64,000 nt of DNA from Gnetum montanum (taxonomy: Eukaryota > Plantae > Gnetophyta): positions 319,984 to 383,983 of the forward strand of contig MNCI01003051.1 of NCBI GenBank assembly GCA_015680685.1, written 5' to 3'. A program made the translations under genes and the position numbers. The notes below the pieces were generated by a model. That model was not told the DNA's origin and did no database searches. It saw nothing but the letters and a program-made list of their open reading frames with translations. Positions 52,402 to 64,000 of the stretch are shown piece after piece (within the stretch, counting starts at the first letter, position 1; each line of letters starts with the position of its first letter).

Positions 52402-52759
52402 TCAATAGGCGCTGATGTTCATCATCATCATGGAACGAAATTCCGAAAAATCCAAAAGTCCATCACAATTCCTATCAAATCTGCAAATCATGTTCTTTTT
52501 CTTTTTCTTCTTCAGACTCAAAGGCGGACTCTATACACAAGAAGTTCTTGCAAAACGTAACGAAATCATCAAAGCTTAGGCTGAGGAGAAACGCGCGACG
52601 ATATCTTGGATTTTGTGCATCAGCACCGCCTCCATTCCCAGGTTTTGCAGAAACGCGTTGATTTCATGTGCGCTCATTCTTTTCATTTGCGTCCAACTCC
52701 AGCTGCTCATATAATCTCTACAAACGCTCAACCTCTAATGTATTGCTAGGGTTCTCCAT
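52402..52759 (-). pseudogene. Calmodulin-like (CML) EF-hand pseudogene, intronless
   Basis: MENPSNTLEVERL*RLYEQLELDAN/RMSAHEINAFLQNLGM../LSFDDFVTF..EEEKEKEHDLQ/NMICRFDRNCDGLLDFSEFRSMMMMNISAY*; one stop, three frameshifting deletions, EF3 missing. Confidence 0.85.
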
Positions 52760-53126
52760 TTAAAGGATAGAAACTAATGAATCAATTAATCGCCGAATTC
52801 AAAAACACAAAGAAACCAAAGTTCGAAGATTTGTCTGCAAATCACATCGACGATTTTGTTAAGACGCTTATGTTATTGGAAAGGAGCATGAAGGCAACCC
52901 TCCATCCATGATTCCATATTTCTTTCTTTCCTAATCAATGGACCACCACGACGACGACAAACCAACAACACCCCACACCACATAACAACATCCTCATCAT
53001 CATTACTGCATACATTCCTAAAAAATAAAATAAAATAAAATCCACAACCAAGAGTTGTGAGACATGCACACCTTGTAGCAAGCAATTGAATCCATTCACA
53101 TTCCCATTTTGTAATTGGTTGCTTCA

Positions 53127-53161
53127 TGTTGTTCAAAGATAGTGAACTTGGAGTAGATGAC
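53127..53161 (-). pseudogene. 3' continuation of the CHS/type III PKS fragment (VIYSKFTIF), split off by element D
   Basis: In frame with 61468 onward once element D and one TSD copy are removed. Confidence 0.65.
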
Positions 53162-53989
53162 TGTTTTAGGAGACTAGTGCCTAGGGCACCTCCTCTATTG
53201 GTATGGAAACTTGGCCTTTTACAAATAATAAACTAAAAAAAACTTGGAATTGAATTAAATAATTGTCTCGAATATAATGAGTAACTAAAGAAATGAATTT
53301 TCCCTCGTCTTGCCGTTTCACCAACCACATGCGCCGCTTGGAATGCTATCGCCGCAGAGAGGAAGAGGGAGGGAAGAGGAGGAGAAAAGAGAAAAAGAGA
53401 GACTTCTTGTTGCAGTCTGCACGAGGCAGCAACCGTGGTCACTCAAAGCCTACCGTTGTCTACCACCTTTTGTGCATCGTCGTAGGGAGAAAGACTGTCT
53501 ACCCATGTTTGCATTGCCGAAACAAGTTGTCGGCCCAAAGAAAATTGTACATTTTATGTCCTACGTGTGGGTTGCATTGTTGTAGACTAAAGAAAAAGAG
53601 AGAGAAAACCCTTCTACACTGTTGCGGAGACCCTAAGAATCCGATTTTGAGCTACTGGCTCTTGCCTTGGGTCCTCCTTAAAGATCAACTAAAAGCTTGT
53701 AAAGAAAAAAAAAGAAAGGAGGAAACCACTGCTTTTGGAGAGGAAGTTGCCTCTCAAGACTGATAGAAAGAGCTCTTTTGGACTCATGGAGAGAGTCCTT
53801 CCCCTATGGTTTTATAACTATTGTGACCATCCATAATGATGCTTACGTTTCATGTAATAGCTACAAAAATCGCCATCACTTCTTGTGTAATAACGCCCAC
53901 ATTCTCCAATTAAGTGCCCACTTATGTTCATAACTTTCAAAACATTTACCACTAATGATCGTAATCGCCGTCATTAATGACCATCACCT

Positions 53990-55568
53990 TGAAACACCGT
54001 GAAAATTGCGAGTCAGCCTTAGGCAAAGATTCGCGATTCAGGCAAGAATACATGACCAAATTCCAGAAGGAAGAATAAGGCAGAGTAAGGCAAAGAGACG
54101 CGTAGCATCAAGTCTTCGATTTCCTTTGCAGATTTTCAACATCACTATGTTTTATCTTTGTACGCTATATCACGCGACGTAGCGTAATGACGCTTAGCGT
54201 GATTTTGTTCAACATAGTCTAGTATCAGAAGGCAACTTACTTCGGGATCCAGAGAGGCTTAAGCAGCGTAATATGCAACTTATCGTATATTTTGCTAAGT
54301 CTTTTGTCCAAGGCCGAGTTTACGCTCTGTTACGCACGGCAGCGTAATGAGCTTCGGAAAAGTCAAAGAAAGTCCAAAAGAAGCGCAACAGATCAACTCT
54401 TTTTCCTTTTTTTGCGGATAGATCACCTTACGCTCGTTACGCAACGCAGCGTATCTCAGCGTAATGCATCGGTAAGCTAATCATCGTTTACGCTTTACTA
54501 CACTCGGTGGCATAAACGAGTGTAAAATAGCTTGAATACATTGTTTTCATGCTTTGTTACGCTCTTGCACGCGACGTAACGCGAATGAGCGTAATGTAGC
54601 CTAAAGTTAGCTGAGACATGCCCGACGCACATCTTTTATTCACACGCACAGTACGCAAATGAGCGTATTGTGCGTAATCATAAAGTTCAACACAAAGCTG
54701 GTTAGGTCAACGGCATTTCGAACGGTCCGAGACACGTGTCATCACAGCCATCCCTTCTCCACATATTGTCAAACCTATAAATGTCCCAGTTGGCGAAGAA
54801 AAAAAAGAGGGCAACAAGACAGAACAGAGAAAACACAGAGACAGAAGCAGAGGGAGCATCACTTTGGCAATTTTTGACAGCATCACCTTCTAACAGAAAC
54901 AGAGCATATTTCGCTTGAGCATTGGCAGCAGGAGCGATTACCCCTTTGGCGAAGACACAACTTTCTCCATTGGTGATCGTCGGCAGTTTCGAGAAAAGAC
55001 TACCTAAGGCAAAATGAGCAGATCAGAGATCGAGAGATCATCTGGTGTGGTTTGCAAGTTCTTTTGGTCAGAAGCAATTGATCAATAGACATCAGAACTT
55101 GACCTTCCTTGCATCCCATCTCTAGCCTACAAGGTAGATCGGACTCCATTCTGTACCTCTGCTTGGACAGTTTTCTTGTTATTTTGTGTTTGCCTTACAT
55201 CGAGTAATCGGGGTCTCCCCATTGTAACGTGATATACAAAATATTCATTCTTCAAGTCAAAACGTAGATCTTGAAACCATGCGTTTCTCTTGCATTTGCT
55301 TCTTCTTACTGTGTTAGCGTTATCATCGTTGTAATTCATCTACATTGTTTTCCCCTTATTTTGCGACTTGTCGAATCAAATCATTCCATGCAACATTTGG
55401 GATTTCCATCGGTTTACTGATTAGTAAGTCCCTGTCTGATCGACAAGACCGTTCAGGGCACCGCGGATTCGTTTTTCCAGCATAGCCCTCGCACGGATCC
55501 GTGGTTAAAACTGTGTACACGGAATTTTGTTTGGTATTTTCCAGCTGCCGACATTTTCCGTCGTTACA
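53990..55568 (+). mobile_element. CpG-rich solo LTR (TGAAAC...GTTACA) nested in the 3' LTR of element D
   Basis: Absent from the sister LTR; TSD CACCT/CACCC (53985-53989 and 55569-55573); TATA cctataaat at about 54774. Confidence 0.85.
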
Positions 55569-56999
55569 CACCCGACATTTTAAATGCCCACTACTCGCAT
55601 GATTTTTACTGTGGTTATTAAGAGAGAGAGAGATAGAGACGTTGATAATCATGGTCCCATGAGAGCATGGGAGTGTCGACATCAACACTTAGCCCCCAAA
55701 CTTTAATTGCATGCAAGTGCAAGAAATAAGACCACCCAAAATTTAAAATGATGCAATAGGTAGGGAATCACAAACATCACAAAACAAGCAAAGGAAAACT
55801 TAAAAGTAAACTGTATTGATTTAAACATGAATAAAATAACCATATAATCAAAAGAGAACTAAACGTGGCAACCCAAATCACACCATCTTATTTAATTAAA
55901 CTCTTAATATATAATTTTATTATTTTAACTACATATATCTATATATAATTAAAATATAATTATGATTTCTTTCCCAATTTTCTTACAAAGTAAAAGTTAA
56001 AATCATGCGGACTACTTTGAGCATAAGACCCATATTGTGGCTACCCACAACTTTCAAATTTTTCCTTGGAACTTTTTTTTTTTACATTGAGAAAGAAAAT
56101 GGATAAAAAGGGACTATTTGCTTCTATTTTTTTTTTCTTTTTTGAAAAAAGGGGGAATGAAGTCTAGGGTAAGGATTGCTGCTAGACCCCATCACACTCA
56201 AGAACTTATTACACTGCCAATGAACACAATCCTCATTCCTTTTTTTTTTTGAAGAAACTTTGCCCATGGTGTACTTCATTCTTAAGATAGAAATTCCAAC
56301 ACGAGTTTGGTCGATTAGCTGCACTGCCAATGAACACGGTCATTTTGGAACTTTGCCCATGGTGCAGTTCAACCCTCGTGTATGTGCCTTTAATTATAAT
56401 TTGATAGCATCATAGCAAGTCTCCTAGGTGGCTAAGGGTTCTCAAGTGAAGATGAACACACTTCACCTTGTTGTTCATGAGGTAACCATGGCTCATCACA
56501 CTTGAGGGCTAGGGCTTATAAGAGGGAAAATGGGGTTTTCCAAGGTCACTTAGTGATTATGGCTAACCATTCTCCAACATCACCTATCCTACACTCACAT
56601 GATCATGATGATTACATGATAAGTTAGCACAAATCTCATGCTCCATAATCCAACATAACTAGAAAAACTAAAACCTTGAAAAAGACTAGGAAGAATCAAA
56701 GCACTATTGAAATATATAATATAAAAGAGATTTTATGTAATAGTAATAAGAAATACTATATAAAGCATTATACTAACATTATTTTCCAATGGTGCTCTGA
56801 TGACCCAATGCCTAGTAACTTAAAAGACCATAATGATTATTAAAATCATATGCAAAGCAAAAATCAAAATAATATGCCAAGAAATAAATAATGGAAATGT
56901 AAAGAAAATATGCAAATGAAACTATATACAAATGAAATGCATGGTGAAGAGAAAGAAAGCATGCAACTAAGAATCTACTAGAGGTCTACATGGAACACC

Positions 57000-57250
57000 T
57001 AAGTAGAAATGCTTCAAATGAAATGCATTAAAATTCCTATGTAACCTATACCCTTGCACATCAACAATTCCGTAAACATAGGGGCCAATGATGTCTTTAA
57101 CTTAAAATGGGTCTAACCACATAGGAGAGAACTTATCTTGAAGATTTGCTTGGTCAAATGTTCTACCTTTTTCTACGACTAGGTCTCCTATCTTAAAGAC
57201 TTCACCAACGTACTTCCTGTTAAGACATTGTTTAACAATTTGTCGATGCT
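57000..57250 (-). pseudogene. Integrase C-terminal GPY/F tail of element D
   Basis: FKIGDLV..KFSPMWLDPF*V..GPYVY..NAFHLKHFY. Confidence 0.8.
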
Positions 57251-57586
57251 TAAGATTACAAAAATCAAGACCTAATCTTGACTTGCTTGATCATTTTCTA
57301 TAAAGTTTTTCTCTGATATAAGTTTCAATGATAGGTCTAGGTCTTGGTGGATCATCAAATATAGCCTTTCTAAGAGAATGTTCCATGGATGTGTCATTAA
57401 AATTTAGCACACCTTCAAATGTTTTAAGAGGTAGGGTCTTATTTATATCTTTGTCTTTCCCTAAAGGTGGTGGATTACTTAGACGAAATCCATCGTGTTG
57501 TTGATAAGGCAAGGTGTCTCCATAGATTTCTTCACCTTCTCTAGAACTTTGATAGGATTGGGTGGAATCTGCATAAGAGACAGGAT

Positions 57587-58100
57587 TTACTTTTGTAATC
57601 CACTCACATAGTCATTTTCAACATGTTCACTGCGCTCAACCTCAATAACCCCAACATAAAGATTAGTATTTCGATTTTCCAAAGATTGATTTTGTTGATC
57701 CAAGGCTGTAACTACTTGTTTGTAGAAGGGTTCTCGAGGTATAGTCATGTATTCATATTTTTCTTTAATAGGGATTAATAGCTCTAACAAATTTGACCTA
57801 AAGAAGCCCCCAAACTTGGCTCCAAAAATCCTGGATAGGAGAACACCATAGGTAGGTGACATGTTAACTACTAGGGTATCTGTGTAACATGTGAATGTAG
57901 GATATTGTTTAAGTTGCACTTTCACTCCTTTTAATGATCCTACTACAGGTACATTGGATTCATCGAGTTGAATCACACTTTTTGTTTGTGGTATCATTTG
58001 TGCTCCTAAAGCCTTACATACCTCAAGAGGCATGACACTAACAGTTGCTCCAAAATCCATTAAACAATTGTGAACATTCTTCCCTAAAATAATCGAGATT
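57587..58100 (-). pseudogene. Retropepsin (aspartic protease) of element D
   Basis: CLMDFGATVSVMP..YGVLLSR. Confidence 0.85.
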
Positions 58101-58679
58101 GTTAGGAAAGGGGGTTAATCTTTCTTGCTCATCATGGAATTGTTTACATTTTGTACTAATAATGTGTTAGGACTTTTAGTGAGTGAACTTGCCTTTCGGG
58201 GGTTGGGGATTTTCCTTTATTGGTTTCCAGTCTATGAACTACCTCTTTCATTTTGTTAAATTATAAAAGGTCATACATTGATATGTTAGATTTAATTTTC
58301 TTCAAATCTTCAACTAGATCATAAGTCTTGTGTTCATCTTTAGATTCTTATTAAGGTGGAGTTCTTTTAAGTATAGAAGGTGGGTTTGATTGTTGTGCAG
58401 TGTTTGTTTGAGATGACCCAGTCTAAGTATTTGTGTTACTTTGACTAGGAGCTCTTCTGTTCAAAGGAGTGTAAGGATCATTTCTAGTTTGTTGCTATGT
58501 GTTGTTCATGATGTCACTAAGTATACAGTAGTGGGCGTTATGCGGGTTGGGGTTGTTTACCATAACTTGCTCCAATGAGGAAACCTCTTCATTTTTTGAT
58601 TCATGAGGTACATTAAGGACCATAATAGGAGGTTTTCCATTTTGTTGACCTTGGGTGTTGTTGCCATATAATGCTAAAA

Positions 58680-59706
58680 ATTGGGGACAAGTCTTCTCAG
58701 AATGTTGCCTAGTGTTATGGAGGCTACAATAATCGTTATTGACTGATGAACTAAGCTTTTCAAGTTGTATAGGATCCTTGTTGTTGTTTCTCTTTAATTC
58801 AACTACTTTGTTTGAAAGTTTTTAAAGTGAAGTTAATATTTGGGTCATTTGATCTTGAGCTTGAGTCATGGGTTCAATAGGATTAGATACTCTGTTTGGG
58901 TTTATGATGGACTAAATTAAGGCCTTCAATTGTTCTTCATTCAAACCAGTGTTAGATGCTAGGAATGGAGAAGATGTGGGATCTTGAAAATAACTATTTG
59001 TAGGTTGAGTCATTTGAAGGGGAATGAGAGTTTGGAACATAGTGTTGGTCATTGGGAAAGTTGGTAGAGGACTATGTTGCATAGGATTGCTAACACTCAT
59101 CATTCCAAACTAGGTTTGAATGCTGTTCATAAGGGTAATTTGTTCTAGCTCCATGAATTTAGCCATTGCTCCTTGTATTTCTATTATGTTAGGGTTCAAT
59201 TTGATGGCATAGGTGAAGAATGGGTCGATGGTAGAGAGGTTAAAATTGAGGATACCATCAGGTTGTGGAGGCATCTCATTTGGCACATAGGCAAGTTGGT
59301 GAAGAAATCTTAGATTGTAATCCCTAACATTTTCCCTAGGTAGCTTTCTTAAGTTGGTGAAGTTGCTAGATGCTATGGCAAGGCTTGTGAATTTATCAAA
59401 CTGAGTCAAAAAATTATTTTTGAACTCCTGCCATGAGTTAATGGAGGCATTGGAAAGCATCAGAAACCATTAGGTTGCTTTGGTTCTAAAAGTTGTCACA
59501 AATACTCTACATGCCACATCATTTTGGATGATGTTGTGGATCCCAAGTAAGGTTTCAAAACATTGTACATGTTGGTGGGCATCACTAGTAGGGTTTGTGA
59601 GATCGTAGAACAAATTTATGTTCTAGAGTGACTTTGGGATGTCATGGTAGTTAGTAAAGTTAAAGGGGTTACCAACCAAGGGAGCTGGGGGTTGATTAGC
59701 TGCCAT
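58680..59706 (-). pseudogene. gag of element D with a CHHC knuckle
   Basis: SINSWQEFKNNFL..ENVRDYNLRF; CSLHNTRQHSEKTC at about 58685-58735. Confidence 0.85.
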
Positions 59707-60421
59707 CCTAGTCCAAGTTCTCCTAGGAACAAAGCTTGGAAAATGTGAGACTTCTTGTTTCCTTAATGCGAAGAGACATGTAATTGGTAAGTTAGAAGCA
59801 TAGGGGAGTTCACTCATAAAATAAAACTATAAAATAATTATTAAAATAAAACTATAAAATTGCATAAAAGACAAGATAATATTGAAATAATATTTTTTTG
59901 GCCAAAAAAAAACTAAAATATGCTATTTAATATAGATATATATATTTGAAAGAAAAATAAATGTATAAAATTGCAATACTTATAAAATTAAAAAAGGAAA
60001 TAGTAAAATGCAAGATTTTAGAAAAATAAATTTAAAATTGCATGATTAAATAAAACCACCTTACCTATCCTAGGACTAAGGTAAGGACCACCCAAACACA
60101 AATTCAAAAATGGGATTGAGAAACGAGGGTTTTTTAAAAAAAAAGGATGAAAGAAAAATAGGTGATTAGACCCAAAAGTTTTCAAGAAATGAACTTTTAA
60201 GAACAAGAAATGAAAGGCTCAAAAATTCTTTAAAAATGGTTTTTCAAGACAATGGCTGAAAATAATAATTTTAAATAAAACAAGTTTGAAATAAGGAAAA
60301 TGAAAATTTTGGAAACAGAATAGGAATTAGAAAAGGATAGAAAACAAATATTTCAGAAAATGGGATAATAAAGGTAAGAGAAATGGCAATAAAAGCTGAT
60401 AAACAAAGGGTTGAGGAAAGG

Positions 60422-60438
60422 CCCTCCTTCTAGCACTA
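60422..60438 (-). promoter_or_regulatory. Primer-binding site of element D (TGGCGCTAGAAGGAGGG-like)
   Basis: Reverse complement reads tagtgctagaaggaggg, resembling a Tat-type PBS with two transitions. Confidence 0.65.
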
Positions 60439-60491
60439 AAAAAGATGTTGATGCATAAATTTTGGTCGCATCAACACTGGGAAAGAAAACT

Positions 60492-61462
60492 TGTTTTAGG
60501 AGACTATTGCCTAGGGCACCTCTTGTATGGGCACGAAAACCTGAGAATAGTCTTAACTGGAGAGGGCTACATGGCCTTTTGCAAATAATAAACTAAAAAA
60601 AACTTGGAATTTAAATTAAATTATTGTCCTGAATACAATGAGTAACTAAAGAAATGAATTTTCCCTAGTCTCTCCATTTCGCCAACCACGTGTGCTGCCT
60701 AGAACACTATCATCGTAGAGAGGAAGAGGGAGGGAAGAGGAGGAGAAAAGAGAAAAAGAGAGACTACCTACTGTAGTCTACATGGGGCAACAATCACGGT
60801 CACTCAAAGCCTATCACCATCTACCACCTTTTGTGCATTGTCATAGGGAGAAAGACTGTCCACCCACGTTTGCACTGCCGAGACAAGCTATCAGCTCAAA
60901 GAAAACTGTACGTCTCACATCCTGCATGTGGGCTACACTGCCATAGACCAAAGAAAAAGAGAGAGAAACCCCTCTTATGCTACTGTGGAGACCCTAAGGA
61001 TCCAATTTTGAGCTACTGGCTCCTGCCTTGGATCCTCCTCGAAGATTAGTTGGAAGCCTATAAAGAAAAGAAAAGAAAGGAGGAAACCATTGCTTCTAGA
61101 GAGGAAGTTGCCCCTCAAGACTAATAGAAAGAGCCCTTTTGGACTCATGGGGAGAGCCCTTCCCCACTATTTTTATAGCCATTGTGGCCATCCATAATGA
61201 TGCCTATGTTTCATGTAACGGCTACATAAACCACCACCACTTCTTGTGTAATAACGCCCATGTTCTCTAATTAAGTGTCCACTTATGTCCATAACTTTCA
61301 AAACATCTACCACTAATGATCATAATTGTTGCCATTAATGACCACCACTTAACTATTTAAATGTCCACTACTTGCATGATTTTTACAATGGTTATTAAGA
61401 GAGAGAGATAGAGATGTTGATAATCATGGTCCCATGAGAGCATGGGAGTGTTGACATCAACA
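60492..61462 (-). repeat. 5' LTR of element D
   Basis: Collinear with 53162-53989 plus 55574-55686. Confidence 0.9.
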
Positions 61463-61467
61463 ATGAT

Positions 61468-61660
61468 AAGGACAAAAGTGCCATGGTTGTTCTCAGTGAG
61501 GTCCTAGGCTATGCAGAGGATGGTGCTGTCAGCCATGCAGCCATGATGGTACAGAATATGAGGTATGTTATGTTGTTGTGCGACCTCCCCCATTTGACAA
61601 GTGCCTTCTCTGCTACCTTCATTCCTAGTCATGACACCATCAACACCATTATGGCCCTGC
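61468..61660 (-). pseudogene. Chalcone synthase / type III polyketide synthase gene fragment
   Basis: MVS*LGMKVAEKALVKWGRSHNNITYLIFCT / LYHHGCMADSTILCIA*DLTENNHGTFVL versus CHS [30 protein letters not shown] / [29 protein letters not shown]. Confidence 0.85.
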
Positions 61661-62228
61661 ATGAGGACCCTATCAAGATCTTGAAATGCTCTAGCTAGGC
61701 CTTGCTATCCATGAATTTCAATCACAACAAGACATGGTCCTAGCTCATCAACCCTTTGTCAGTTGTGTAGGGTTCGATAGACTGGCAGAATTAGTCTAGG
61801 TAATTCCAGTCCAGCGTGATCGGCATGAACAACATCGGTGGAGGATTGGAGTAGCTTGATAAGGAAGAACAAGATCCTTTTGAGGATATTTTGATGAAAT
61901 TCAAGTGGGTGAAGTGATCGACCTTTTAGATTCGGCTCCCCTACATTGACTCTTTGGCTCCTTGACTTTTCAAATTCGGCTTCTTATGACTCTTTGACTT
62001 CCTTGCATGTGGCGTGACATGGAGGTTGACAAAATACACTAACCCCCCCTCCCCATCATGCTAAACATGTTGGCCTCTCGGCCAAAATAAGCATGAAGCT
62101 ATATTTGTTGGATATTTTTCTTATTATTCCTTATTGTAAGAAATAAGTAACATGGTTAATTGCTAAAAATATTGCATTATTTTTCTGAGAAAATTAAGTA
62201 ATCTTTGGATGTTTTTATGCACTCATGT

Positions 62229-62874
62229 ATCATCATCATCATGTTAGCCTTGTTCCAACAAGATGGGGTTGGCTACATGAGTTCTTTTTCACTATTTGAC
62301 TTTATGAATAGCTAAATATTTGTTTATTTGTAGTCTCTTCAAATTATCTTCAATTATTTTTCCCTATCTTCTTTGGTCTCCCTTTCAGTGGCTTTCCTAG
62401 AATAGTGATATAACAACCTTTGTTTATAGGCTCATTATCTGATCTTCTTTGCACACTTTCAAACAATCTAAGCCTTCATTCTTGTAGTTTATCTAAAATA
62501 AATCCACTCCAAGTCTTCCTTTAATGTCTATATTATATATTTTATCTCTTCTAATAACATTCCATATTCATCAAAACATTCACATTTCTACCACACTAAT
62601 TTTTTTTCATGCCTCTTTTGTATTGCCCAACATTCAACACCACATAAGATAGTATTCTTGATTGCTGTCTTGTAAAATTTTCTTTTTAATTTTGTTGTAT
62701 ACTTCTATCACGTAGAACACCTTAGCCTATTTTCATTTTGAGCATCTTTCTTTGATTTTATTTCTAATATCTTTATCAATTTTCACCATCTAATTAAAGG
62801 ATTGATCCTACGTAGCGATACTATTTGTAGTGAGGGACTTTTTTACCTTAAATTATTACTTCTATTTCACTATT
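62229..62874 (-). mobile_element. RTE-clade LINE 3' fragment, interrupted by the LTR at 62875
   Basis: (CAT)n tail at 62231-62242; reverse-complement homology to 21031-21628. Confidence 0.85.
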
Positions 62875-64000
62875 TGATGAGTAGTGAGTATACCTTATGC
62901 CCAATCATATGAATCACTAGCATTCACTCAGTGATCTAGTCAAATTTTGTAGACTTTAGTTCTCTAAGTACACTAGGTTCTAGGAGGTGAAACTAACCAT
63001 TGCAATCGTTGTCTTCCCAGTTCCACTTGTGAAGTTCAAGGGTATGCTTAAGTATAATTGAGACATATGATTTTTATCATTTATCATTTAAGTCATCTAA
63101 GAAAAAGAATAAAGAATTAATTAATTTAATATTTGACTAATATAATAACTAGCTATCATGTAACTAATCCTAACATAAGCATCCATTCTCACTTGCTGTA
63201 CAGAACCTAAACACGTATAGTACTACTGGGTTATCCAATGTTAAGCATTATTGGGATTACCAAGCATTAAACGTATGCTCGAAGTGGTTTTACTATGTTC
63301 ACTATTTAATCTATTTAATTAATTGATTACTTAATTACTTAAAAACATTAAAGGAAGTTTCTTGAATATTAAATGCTTAAAGAAAATAATTATGCTAGTC
63401 CAAGTGCTACAAGGTTTGATCAAAAAGCTCATCTTTATTGCCGCACACATTGAAGTGCTCAGGTACAATAGTGTTTAAATAAAGATTCGTACATTTAGAC
63501 TCCTACTATGGGCACATAGAAAATATTCTAACTTTCAAGTGGAAAAACTGTTAAAGCTTTGCTACAACTATGAGATTTCTTATCATAAATGTAACAAGTA
63601 AGCACACATTTATAGGTGGTGCCCCATCGATGGGTACACATCAATGGGTCAAACACGTCAATGCAACCAAACCATGCAACTCCTCATATCCCCACAATTG
63701 AAATGAAAACTTGTCTTCAAGTTTTTTACAAAATGTGGGAAGGTATGGGATTATTGACTGACTAAACAAACATACAAATATAACAAAAACTAATTGCCCA
63801 AGTGGATGGTTTTACAATCATTACAAAATTTTGGTGTTTAGGATAATAAAATTGAACACTAGGATGAAAATAACAAACACAATTCCTTTGATGGCATGAG
63901 GATTATGAAAAAGATCAAATGGTCCTAAGTGGTGGAGGCTCTTAAGGCTCCAATGGGCCTTCTCCTACTTTGGGTGCATGCGGTGGTTGAGGTAGTTGTC
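62875..64000 (-). mobile_element. 3' end of a second element-B-family copy: LTR 62875-63686, PPT, and accessory ORF tail running off the window
   Basis: Reverse complement of about 10000-11138; PPT (rc caattgtggggata) at 63687-63700. Confidence 0.85.

Larger units (their letters stand above)
53162..61462 (-). mobile_element. Non-autonomous Tat-like gypsy element (element D): LTR, PBS, gag, PR, integrase tail only, PPT, LTR
   Basis: TSD ATGAC/ATGAT (53157-53161 and 61463-61467); 5' LTR 60492-61462; 3' LTR 53162-55686 interrupted by a solo LTR; PPT (rc tttgggggctaag) at 55687-55699; PBS at 60422-60438. Confidence 0.9.

Noticed and set aside
53293-53763. 156-aa Cys/Arg-rich ORF
   Set aside because: Lies in element D's LTR; the sister LTR copy is interrupted by stops
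54150-54690. Palindromic repeats with unique spacers, CRISPR-like at first glance
   Set aside because: Repeats are degenerate with irregular spacing, lie inside a TSD-flanked plant LTR, and there are no cas genes
61660-61920. Coding-like stretch next to the CHS fragment
   Set aside because: Multiple stops and no family I can recognise; needs BLASTX

Overview
Eukaryotic land-plant nuclear DNA, AT-rich and TE-dense, from a scaffold with N-gaps at 1677-2323, 29341-29818 and 48999-49052. The one intact host gene is an 8-exon chloroplast import factor TIC22-family gene (+, 14327-35539, about 311 aa, all introns GT-AG and phase 0). Its 5.6 kb and 12.3 kb introns hold LINEs. The rest is nested retroelements: Athila-like and Tat-like Ty3/gypsy elements (several with LTRs, PBS, PPT and TSDs resolved), two solo LTRs, a decayed Ty1/copia, three L1-type LINEs and two RTE LINE fragments. 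There is also a 400-bp foldback, a tRNA-Pro pseudogene, and two gene relics absent from the ORF track: a calmodulin-like EF-hand gene and a chalcone-synthase/type III PKS fragment, both shortened at microhomology junctions. The most unusual signal is an accessory ORF with an ATHILA-ORF/'putative plant transposon protein'-like domain plus a long coiled coil. It occurs behind a conserved splice acceptor in two kinds of LTR element and, unexpectedly, as a third ORF inside a full-length, TSD-bounded L1-type LINE. All domain calls are by-eye motif recognition, not database searches.
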